64,000 bases of DNA from Planctomycetota bacterium. Lineage in GTDB: Bacteria > Planctomycetota > JAJSAM01 > JAJVHW01. This document shows, piece by piece, positions 1-8,178 of the stretch. The notes beneath the pieces were generated by a model. It had not been told where the DNA came from and searched no databases. It saw only the letters and a list, made by a program, of their open reading frames with translations. The stretch spans positions 1 to 64,000 of the forward strand of contig CBDFJG010000002.1 in the NCBI GenBank assembly GCA_965248445.1, given 5' to 3'. Each line of letters begins with the position of its first letter. Positions within the stretch are counted from its first letter, which is position 1. Position numbers and translations under genes: made by a program.

Positions 1-1066
1 GATCTGGACTACGAGGCGCTGGCCAGCTTCCTCGTGGACCCGGACGAGACGATGCCGCAGGCGCTCATCGACGCGCTGTTCATCTCCAACGAGATGGCGA
101 CGGAGGACGGGATGCAGACCCTCCTGGCGACGATCGACCGCATGCCGGTGGATGACCGTCCCGACCTCGGCAACTCGTCGGACCTGACGCCCGGCGATGT
201 CGCGATCGCTGTGTGGCTCCACTCGCCCGAACTCTTGGAGCGCCAGCACGCCGAGGCCGTCGTCGCGAGCAAGAAGTCGTTCCTGTCCTTCCTGGCGAAG
301 GATCGTCCGACCACGCAGTTCACGCGGCCGACGGGCGAAACAGATGCGCGCCCTGGAGCGGTCACTCGGGAACTGGTTCGGGGAGAAGAAGAAGAGCGAC
401 GTCGTGCGCGTACTCATGTACGCGAAGCCCGACGAGGTGTGGTTCCTCGTGCGGCATGGCGACACGTACCGACGCGAGGGCGCGGTGAAGGACGGCCAGT
501 CGTCGAGCGTGTTCTACCGCCCCGAGAAGCACGACGTGGTGGTCTACAACCCGGTCGTCGGCGAGCTGCGGGTGAACGCGGTGACGAAGGGCGAGAAGGA
601 CCTCTACCGCCGCATGTTCGGGCTGCACCTCTTCGGCGATGAGGAGCACTTCCCGGCCTCGCTCAGGAAGTACACGCTCGAGCCGCTTCAGGTGCACGGC
701 AAGGCGGCGCTCGTGTGCGCGGACGTCGAGGGCATCGACTCGATCCACCTCACTGAGGTGACGTACTTCTGGGGCGGCGCGTACAACGAGATGGAGACTC
801 GCCGCGCGAGCGACATCTTCGCCGCCCTCGAAGCGCGCGAGCGCGAGCTCCTCAACAGCGTGCGGATCAGCGGGGCCAAGTTCCGCGTGAAGTTCAGCGA
901 CAGCAAGACGCCGCGCAGCGTGAACGTCCGACCGCCGAACGTGGCGACCTTCACGCGCGACGACGATGGCAAGCACGTCGAGGAGTGGCTGCGGATGCGC
1001 GAGTTCCTCGTGCCCCGCCCGGAGGAGTTCGACGATGACGGCGGAGACCCTGTGGCGCGCGCTTGA
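1..1066 (+). pseudogene. Conserved-looking hypothetical protein, 5' partial, frameshifted near 339 (possibly a sequencing indel)
   Basis: Frame +1 is protein-like to ...RPTGE; frame +2 continues QMRALERSLGNWF...; removing one A from GGCGAAACAG joins them. Confidence 0.65.
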
Positions 1067-2102
1067 GGCGATGCCGGTCCGCTCCGGCGTCGAGGCGCAG
1101 TGGCGAGAGGCCCTCGGGGACGCGGTCACGGCGGTGTGGCCGTTCCTCGAGACGTTAGAGGGGTACGCGACGTCGTACCCCTGTCCGGAGCCCGGCAGCG
1201 ATGGCTGTCCGCGCCGCGTCGTCGAGCATGGCGCCGACGACATCGTCGCAGTCTGTCAGCGCGACCCGCTCACGTGCGACACGCTCACGCTCACGCGGGA
1301 GGACGTAGTCATTCGTCGGTTGGATCTCCTGCGGCTCGCCACATGGCTGCGCGACGGACTCGACTTGCGGGGAGATGCACCGACCGAAGCGACGGGGCTT
1401 CGTCGCACGGCCGTCTGCGGTATCTACCGGCCGGTAGCGGGCCGCGAGTTCGGCGTCTACCTGACGATTCAACCCAACCGCGCGGCCATGACCAGCGTCT
1501 GTGAGCGCCTCCTCGCGCTGGAGACGGAAGCGTTCGCCTTGATCGTCCCGACAACCGACCACGTCGCCTCGGACACGGCACGCCAACTCACGTCGCGCGG
1601 CGCCGCGGTCGTAGCGCTCCCCGACTTCACCGGCCTCGGGGACGGAGGGGCGCTCGCGATCCGCACGGCGCCGGCTGATGTGTTCGCGTCCCTGCACGAG
1701 GGCATCGCGGAGCCGGCTGACGGCCCGAGCAAGAGCGGGATGGCCTACTTCGCGACGCCCGGCGATGCCACGTGGAGCGACGTCAACGTCCGGTTCACCG
1801 ACTCGCACACGGTCTCGGTCGACGTGCTCGGGACCGCCGGGCGGTTCAGCTACGCCGAGATGGGCATGGTGAACCGGAAGACGCATCAGCCGACCCTCCA
1901 ATGGGAACTGCTGCGCACGTTCGCGAATCGCCAGGGCTGGCTCACTTGGAGCGACCGCGACGCCCATCGGAATCGCAAGAAGCAGTGCGAGCGACTCGTC
2001 CGCGATCTCCGCGCCTTCTTCCGGATCACCGAGGGGCGCCCAATCGTGTTCAGCACGCAACGCCCCCGCGGCTGGCGCACCGTGATCTCGCTCTCGATCT
2101 AG
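1035..2102 (+). CDS. Hypothetical protein with an N-terminal Cys cluster and a possible C-terminal winged-helix DNA-binding region
   Basis: GGAGGAG RBS at 1021-1027, ATG 1035; motif CPEPGSDGCPR...C...C. Confidence 0.7.
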   Translation: MTAETLWRALEAMPVRSGVEAQWREALGDAVTAVWPFLETLEGYATSYPCPEPGSDGCPRRVVEHGADDIVAVCQRDPLTCDTLTLTREDVVIRRLDLLRLATWLRDGLDLRGDAPTEATGLRRTAVCGIYRPVAGREFGVYLTIQPNRAAMTSVCERLLALETEAFALIVPTTDHVASDTARQLTSRGAAVVALPDFTGLGDGGALAIRTAPADVFASLHEGIAEPADGPSKSGMAYFATPGDATWSDVNVRFTDSHTVSVDVLGTAGRFSYAEMGMVNRKTHQPTLQWELLRTFANRQGWLTWSDRDAHRNRKKQCERLVRDLRAFFRITEGRPIVFSTQRPRGWRTVISLSI

Positions 2103-2105
2103 CGC

Positions 2106-2242
2106 CGCCCAGCGACATGTCGCTGGAGCAATCTCGGATTCCCGAAGAAACCCACTCGCTTCAACCCATTGGAGCACTGCGTCTTACGTCGATTCTCCGC
2201 GCCTCCTGAACGCTCCCAACGCCACGCCCAGCGACTTGTCGC
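2106..2242. promoter_or_regulatory. Pair of 18-bp near-palindromic direct repeats (candidate operators)
   Basis: CGCCCAGCGACATGTCGC at 2106-2123 and CGCCCAGCGACTTGTCGC at 2225-2242; hairpin 2225-2254 ends right before ATG 2255. Confidence 0.5.
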
Positions 2243-2254
2243 AAGTCGCGGGCG

Positions 2255-2778
2255 ATGGCACACAACACCACCGCCCAGCAGGGCCTCGACCAGCACGCCG
2301 TTCGACTCGTCCGCCACAAGGCGCGACAACTCATCAGACGGCCAGAGTTCACCGTCTCGGACCGCGGGGACATCGAACAGGAGCTCTACCTCGACCTCCT
2401 GACTCGCCTCCCGCGCGGTGCGTTGCCTCGCTCGACGCAGAGACCGGCGACGACGAGGGGCACGCCGAACCCGTCTGGGCAACGATCGACCAGCGCCTCG
2501 GCCGCAGCGACGGCCGGACACCCCGCGACGACGCAGACCTCCGTGACCTGCAGTTCGACGTCGCGACGGCCTTGTCGGATCTGCCGGAGGACCTGCGCGA
2601 CCTCGCGGGACATCTCTCCCGCCAGACGCCGACCGAGGTCGCCCGCGCAACCGGCGTCCCCCGGCGCACCGTCAGGGATCGGATCGCTCGCATCCGAGGC
2701 CGCTTCGAGCGCGCCGGGTTGCGGATCTACCTGCAGTCCACCGCCACGTCGGCGGCGGCTCCGGTAGGTGATCAGTAG
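2255..2778 (+). pseudogene. Sigma-70/ECF-like factor with frameshift and probable internal deletion
   Basis: N-terminal DIEQELYLDLLTRLP in one frame; region-4-like HTH (TPTEVARATGVPRRTVRDRIARIR) in another; switch at about 2410-2420. Confidence 0.7.
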
Positions 2779-2787
2779 GGGGACCAG

Positions 2788-3135
2788 ATGAACGCCCCCA
2801 CGGAGATCCACTTGCCCCGCACGCTCTACCGCTACTCGTTCCGGCCGACGGTCGACCTCGACGAGGTCGAAGACTCGCTGCTTCTCGCCGTCTTCGCGGC
2901 GGAGGGAGTTCACGGCCACTCCCAGGTGCGGATGGACGGTGAGTTCCTGCTCGACGAAGCGAAGCGCGCCTGCGTCGTCGATGCCACGACGCCGGCCGGC
3001 GAGACGATCGCCAAGGTCTTCACCACGTTCCTGGGCCGCGAGTTCGGGGAGGACGCCTTCACGGTCGAACGCGTCGCCTCGGAGGAGCGGATCGGACGCC
3101 CCGACATGGACCTTCACGCGAGGAACGGCCGATGA
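2788..3135 (+). CDS. Hypothetical protein
   Basis: GGGGA RBS, ATGA overlap with the next gene. Confidence 0.75.
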   Translation: MNAPTEIHLPRTLYRYSFRPTVDLDEVEDSLLLAVFAAEGVHGHSQVRMDGEFLLDEAKRACVVDATTPAGETIAKVFTTFLGREFGEDAFTVERVASEERIGRPDMDLHARNGR

Positions 3136-4145
3136 ACACGCGCGTAGTCACGACCTACTCCATGTGGTCGCTCTTCCGGAACTGCCGCAAGGCCGCGCAG
3201 TGGCGCTACCTGCTGGATCTCGTCCCGCTGGAGCGCGACCGCAACCTCCGCTTCGGCTCGCTCATTCATGAGTGCCTGGAGATCTGGCACGGGACGCGCG
3301 ATCTGTCCGCAGCGCTCGACCACATCGACCGCGCCTGCGCGGACCGAGCTCGCGATGAGGACCAGCACCGTACGTGGCACCTGGCCACGGCCATGATGCG
3401 CGGCTACGCGGCGCGCTACCCGACCGAGGACTTCGAGGTCGTCGCGCTGGAGAAGACGTTCGAGGGCCGGATCGTGAACCCCGCAACGGGCGCCGCGAGC
3501 CGGAGCTTCGTCCTTTCCGGGAAGGTCGATGGGATCGTCCGCATCGGAGACGAGCACTTCCTGCTCGAGCACAAGACGGCCAGCGTCCTCGACGCCAGCT
3601 ACCTCGAACGCCTCTGGACCGACTTCCAGATCACGCTCTACGCGCACTACGTCGAGCAGGCGCTCGGGATCCGCATCGCAGGGGTCCTCTACAACGTGCT
3701 GGTCAAGACGCGGCTGAAGCAGCGCGCCGGCGAGACGCAGATCGAGTACGAGGAGCGCCGCGCCGCGCTGATCGCCAAGTCGAAGACCGGGAAGAGCTCG
3801 GCCAAGCGCCGAATGCCCGAGAGCGACGAGGACTTCCAGGCGCGCCTCCTCGTCAAGCATGCCGAGCCCGGGATGTTCCATCGCGAGCCGATCTACATCT
3901 CGCGCGATCGCTTCGAGACGCTGCGCGCCGAACTCTGGGAGCTGACCCAGGCGTTCCTCGATGCGCGAAGGCGCAACGTCTTCTACGAGAACACCTCGTA
4001 CTGCTTCCGCTGGGGGCGCCCGTGCGCGTACTTCCCGCTCTGCCGCTCGGGCGGGAGCCCGAACGTCATCGAGAACCTCTACCAGCGCGTGGCGCCCCAC
4101 GAGGAACTGCGCGACGCGGAGACCGCCGAGCCCGTGCCCTTCTGA
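3132..4145 (+). CDS. PD-(D/E)XK nuclease, Cas4/RecB-like
   Basis: GKVDG..LLEHKT and QITLY motifs; one N-terminal Cys plus C-terminal C-x6-C-x5-C (Fe-S staple pattern). Confidence 0.85.
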   Translation: MNTRVVTTYSMWSLFRNCRKAAQWRYLLDLVPLERDRNLRFGSLIHECLEIWHGTRDLSAALDHIDRACADRARDEDQHRTWHLATAMMRGYAARYPTEDFEVVALEKTFEGRIVNPATGAASRSFVLSGKVDGIVRIGDEHFLLEHKTASVLDASYLERLWTDFQITLYAHYVEQALGIRIAGVLYNVLVKTRLKQRAGETQIEYEERRAALIAKSKTGKSSAKRRMPESDEDFQARLLVKHAEPGMFHREPIYISRDRFETLRAELWELTQAFLDARRRNVFYENTSYCFRWGRPCAYFPLCRSGGSPNVIENLYQRVAPHEELRDAETAEPVPF

Positions 4146-4267
4146 TGTGCGAGCACGCGGTCACCGTCGCTGCCGGCCCCGCCGTGCGCCTGTGCACGAC
4201 GTGCGGCGCCGTGCTCGAGCGGCTGCCCGAGCCGGCGGGGTGCGAAGGCGACGCCTGCCAGTCCTGA
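4145..4267 (+). CDS. Small 40-aa zinc-finger-like protein
   Basis: TGATG overlap with the upstream stop; MCEH...CTTC. Confidence 0.4.
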   Translation: MCEHAVTVAAGPAVRLCTTCGAVLERLPEPAGCEGDACQS

Positions 4268-4296
4268 ACAACCACTGATCAAACGAAGGAGATCCC

Positions 4297-5013
4297 ATGC
4301 TTCCAACCGCCAAGACGCCCCCGCGAGATGCGCTCGCCGACCTGACCGTGCTGGTGTACGGACCGACGAAGATCGGCAAGTCCACGTGGTGCTCGCAGCC
4401 GGGCGACGCACTGTTCCTCGCCACCGAGGCGGGCCTCAACAGCCTGGAGGTCTTCCAGTCCCCGGTCGGGACCTGGGAAGAGCTCCTCGCCGCGTGTGCG
4501 GAGATCGGCAAGGGCGAGCACCCCTTCAAGACCATCGTGCTGGACACGGTGGACAACGCCTACCGCATGTGCGCGGACTACATCTGCGCGAAGTTCAAGG
4601 TCGACCACCAGAGCGACCTCGCCTACGGCAAGGGCTACGCGCTGGTGAACAACGAGTTCCACCGCGTGCTGAACAAGCTCGCGCTGCTCCCCTACGGGCT
4701 CTTCCTCGTGTCGCACTCCGTCGAGCGCGAGTTCGAAACGCGCACCGGGAAGGTGATGCGCATCGTCCCGACGCTGCCCGAGAAGGCGCGGCAGATCGTG
4801 CTCGGCATGGTCGACATGATCCTGTTCTGCGACCTGGAGACGAGCGTCGGCAAGGACGGCAAGACCGTCGTCCGCCGCGTGATGCGCACGAAGCCCTCCG
4901 CACAGTACGAGGCCGGCGACCGCACGGGTCGCCTGCCCGAGGTGATCGACCTCGACTACCCCAAGTTCCTCGCCGCGTTCACGGCGGGGCGTCCCAGCAA
5001 GGCCACGAAGTAA
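4297..5013 (+). CDS. AAA_24/Sak4-like phage ATPase (single-strand annealing type)
   Basis: YGPTKIGKST Walker A, TIVLDTVD Walker B, YGKGY; AAGGAG RBS. Confidence 0.85.
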   Translation: MLPTAKTPPRDALADLTVLVYGPTKIGKSTWCSQPGDALFLATEAGLNSLEVFQSPVGTWEELLAACAEIGKGEHPFKTIVLDTVDNAYRMCADYICAKFKVDHQSDLAYGKGYALVNNEFHRVLNKLALLPYGLFLVSHSVEREFETRTGKVMRIVPTLPEKARQIVLGMVDMILFCDLETSVGKDGKTVVRRVMRTKPSAQYEAGDRTGRLPEVIDLDYPKFLAAFTAGRPSKATK

Positions 5014-5031
5014 CCCCCAGGAGAAAGCCCC

Positions 5032-5529
5032 ATGTACGAGTCCAACAACGACCGCGCCGGCCGCGCAGACGATTTCGATCTCTCGCAGTTCGACGACGAC
5101 TTCGCCGGCGCGCCGATCGAGGAGCGCGAGTTCGAGCCGATCCCCGACGGCAAGTACCAGATCAACGTCGAGAAGGTCGAGCTGACCCGCGCCAAGAGCT
5201 CGGGCAACCCCATGCTCAAGTGGACGCTGCGCGTGATCGCGCCGCAGTGCCGCGGCCGCCTGCTCTGGCGCAACAACGTGATGGCCACGCGCGAGAACAT
5301 GAAGTGGCTGAAGAACGACCTCCACACCTGCGGTCTCGACCTCGCGAAGGTCTCGGACCTGCCGGGCCGTCTGGAGGAACTGCTCGACGTGAAGCTCGAG
5401 ATCACCAAGCGCACGCGCGGTGAGAACGAGAACGTCTACTTCAACCGCCGGATCGTGGTGGATGAAGGCGTCGGGGACACGACCTCGGGCCCGGGCGCCG
5501 CCCTCGGCGACGAGCTGATCCCCTTCTAG
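5032..5529 (+). CDS. DUF669-like phage ssDNA-binding protein
   Basis: PIPDGKY..KSSGNPMLKW; acidic C-terminal DELIPF tail; follows the Sak4-like gene. Confidence 0.8.
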   Translation: MYESNNDRAGRADDFDLSQFDDDFAGAPIEEREFEPIPDGKYQINVEKVELTRAKSSGNPMLKWTLRVIAPQCRGRLLWRNNVMATRENMKWLKNDLHTCGLDLAKVSDLPGRLEELLDVKLEITKRTRGENENVYFNRRIVVDEGVGDTTSGPGAALGDELIPF

Positions 5530-5530
5530 G

Positions 5531-5965
5531 ATGACGCGCATCGCCGTCGTCATCGACACGCGGGAGCAGGAGCCCTACGGCTTTGATCCCGCACGGGTGG
5601 CGCCCGTGAGGCGGGCGCTGCCCGCGGGCGACTACTCGCTCGTCGGACACGAGACAGTCGTGGCGGTCGAACGCAAGTCACTCGACGACTTCGTCACGAC
5701 GGCCGTGCGCAACCGGGAACGCTTCGCGCGGGAGCTGCGGCTCCTTGCGACCTACGACCTCGGCTGCGTGGTCGTCGAGGCGACGCTGGAGGACGTCCTC
5801 GCCCACCGCTACCGATCGGGCGCGCACCCGCAATCGGTCTTCGGCGCGACGCTCTCGATGGTCGTGGACTTTCGCGTGCCGGTCTTCTTCTGCAGCGATC
5901 GGCAGCTGGCCTGCCGCTTCGTCCAGGGGCTCCTGCTCCGCTACCACAGGAAGGTCGATGGATGA
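5531..5965 (+). CDS. ERCC4-domain nuclease (resolvase-like)
   Basis: IDTREQ, GDYS and VERKSLDDF motifs. Confidence 0.9.
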   Translation: MTRIAVVIDTREQEPYGFDPARVAPVRRALPAGDYSLVGHETVVAVERKSLDDFVTTAVRNRERFARELRLLATYDLGCVVVEATLEDVLAHRYRSGAHPQSVFGATLSMVVDFRVPVFFCSDRQLACRFVQGLLLRYHRKVDG

Positions 5966-8178
5966 CCAGAACGCGCGCCATGGAGGCAGAGACCGTCGCG
6001 GTGTGCGGCCGCGTGGAAACCGTCTTCTACGCGAGCCCGCGCTTCAGCGCCGGTCGTCTGCGCACGGACGACGGCAAGACCGTCTCCTTCGCTGGTGCGC
6101 TGATGGTCCAGCAGCACGACGCCGTGGTTCTTCACGGGACCTTCGAGCGGCACGCGAAGTACGGGCGTCAGCTCAAGGTCGCGCGCTTCACGTTCGACCA
6201 GCGGCTGACGGCCGAGGGTCTCGCTCACTTCCTCGCCAGCCACAAGGGCATCCGCGGTATCGGCCCCGTCAAGGCGCGCCGCATCGCGGAGACGTTCGGT
6301 GATGACTTCGACCGCGTGATCGACGAGGAGCCCGAGCGCGTCGCGGCAGTCGCCAAGGTGCCGCTCGCAGCCGCGATGGCGCTGCGTGAGGAGTGGCTCG
6401 GCACGCGCACGCTGAACGCCGCGATGACCTGGCTCGCCTCGTTCCAGCTCACGCACCACCAGATGACGACGCTCATCGAGAAGTTCGGGAACGCCGTGGT
6501 CACGGTGCTGAAGACCGATCCCTACCTGCTCGTCCGCGAGGTCCCCGGCTTCGGTTTCAAGAGAGTCGATCTCGTGGCGCGCAAGATGGGGACGCCGAAG
6601 GAGCACCCTTCGCGTCTGCGCGCGGGCGTAGTCCACTGCGTCGCCGAGCGGCTCGATCGAGGCGACTGCTGGATCGAGTACGAGCACCTGGTCGACCTCG
6701 CGAACCTCCTCCTTGTCCTCGACGTCGCGGACAGCCGCGATCGCATCGAGGGGGCGCTCGACTCGCTGATCGCGGAGGGCGCGCTGGCGTGCGTCTCGGT
6801 CGGCGGGAGGTTTCTGGTCGCGCAGCCAGCGATGCACCGGATGGAGTGCGACCTCGCCGAGGTCTTCACCGCGCGCGGCTGCGGGAACCCACACTTCGCC
6901 GCGGACGAGCCCGACGAACTGTTCGATGCCGCGGGGTCTGACCTGAACGAGTGCCAGCGGCGCGCGCTCGAAGCCACTGCCCGCGAGAACGTGGTCCTCA
7001 TCTGCGGCGGGGCCGGTGCGGGGAAGACGTACACCATCGCCGCGATCACGCGGATGTACGAGACCGCCGGGCTGGACGTGGTGCTCGCCGCGCCGACCGG
7101 GAAGGCGGCCAAGCGGATCGAGCAGGTCGTTGGCCGCGAGGCCATGACGATCCACCGGTTGCTGGGGTTCAACGGGCACGCGTACTCAGCCGGGCCCGAC
7201 GATCCGATCGAAGCCGACGTCGTCATCGTGGACGAGGTATCCATGGTAGACGTGCCGCTCGCATGGCGGCTCTTCCAGGCGATCGATCTCCGTCGCACGT
7301 GCGTCGTCCTGGTCGGCGATCACAACCAACTCCCGCCCGTCGGTCCGGGGAACCTGCTGCGCGATCTGATCGAGCGACGGCCGTGTCCGACCGTCGTCCT
7401 CGACCAAGTCGTCCGCCAAGCGGGCGTGCTCAAGGAGAACTCGCTCGCGATCCTCGCGGGCGACGTACGCGCAACAGCTCCTGACGGGCCGGACGGACGC
7501 CCGCCCTGGGTCGCGCTGAACCACCGGTCCAACATCCTCGACGTCCAGCACTGCGTTCTGGAGCTCTTCGAGTCCGCCCTCGTCGAGCGGCTTCGCTTCG
7601 ACGTTCTCGCCGACGTGCAACTCCTGACCCCGACTCGCAAGGGCCCGCTCGGGACAGAGGCACTGAACGTGCTCCTGCAACGCCTCGTGCAGCGCAAGCT
7701 CCACGGCGTCACGGTCCCGCCACCGGCGCCGGGACGCAGGCCCAGACTCCTGCTCCGCGACCGCGTCATCCAGACGCGGAACAGCTACGACCTCGGCGTG
7801 ATGAACGGCGCGATTGGGATCGTGACCGAAATCGGTCCGCGCCGCGGCGAGCTCACCGTGCGCTTCGACCACGCGGACGTCGCCTACACGCCCGAGAACG
7901 AGGGAACGCGCGACCTCGCGCTCGCCTACGCGCTGACGATCCACAAGAGCCAGGGGAGCGAGTATCCGTGCGCCGTGATCATCGTTCACAAGGCGCACTC
8001 CTTCATGCACCACCGCAACCTCCTCTACACCGGCGTCACGCGAGCACGCGATGTCGCGATCCTGGTCGGTGACTCGTGGGGCATGCGCAACTGCGCTGAG
8101 AAGGAGCAGGTCGAGAAGCGCAAGACGTTCCTCTCCGTCCTGGACTTCCCTGCGGACTCCTCCGGGGGCCGTGGATGA
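5962..8178 (+). CDS. recD2: RecD2-like SF1B DNA helicase
   Basis: GIGPVKA HhH, GGAGAGKT, DEVSM, GDHNQLPPVGPG, YALTIHKSQGSE, LYTGVTRA. Confidence 0.9.
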   Translation: MTRTRAMEAETVAVCGRVETVFYASPRFSAGRLRTDDGKTVSFAGALMVQQHDAVVLHGTFERHAKYGRQLKVARFTFDQRLTAEGLAHFLASHKGIRGIGPVKARRIAETFGDDFDRVIDEEPERVAAVAKVPLAAAMALREEWLGTRTLNAAMTWLASFQLTHHQMTTLIEKFGNAVVTVLKTDPYLLVREVPGFGFKRVDLVARKMGTPKEHPSRLRAGVVHCVAERLDRGDCWIEYEHLVDLANLLLVLDVADSRDRIEGALDSLIAEGALACVSVGGRFLVAQPAMHRMECDLAEVFTARGCGNPHFAADEPDELFDAAGSDLNECQRRALEATARENVVLICGGAGAGKTYTIAAITRMYETAGLDVVLAAPTGKAAKRIEQVVGREAMTIHRLLGFNGHAYSAGPDDPIEADVVIVDEVSMVDVPLAWRLFQAIDLRRTCVVLVGDHNQLPPVGPGNLLRDLIERRPCPTVVLDQVVRQAGVLKENSLAILAGDVRATAPDGPDGRPPWVALNHRSNILDVQHCVLELFESALVERLRFDVLADVQLLTPTRKGPLGTEALNVLLQRLVQRKLHGVTVPPPAPGRRPRLLLRDRVIQTRNSYDLGVMNGAIGIVTEIGPRRGELTVRFDHADVAYTPENEGTRDLALAYALTIHKSQGSEYPCAVIIVHKAHSFMHHRNLLYTGVTRARDVAILVGDSWGMRNCAEKEQVEKRKTFLSVLDFPADSSGGRG

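Noticed and set aside
3132..4145. cas4 of a CRISPR system
   Set aside because: No cas1/cas2 or array; the context is phage recombination.
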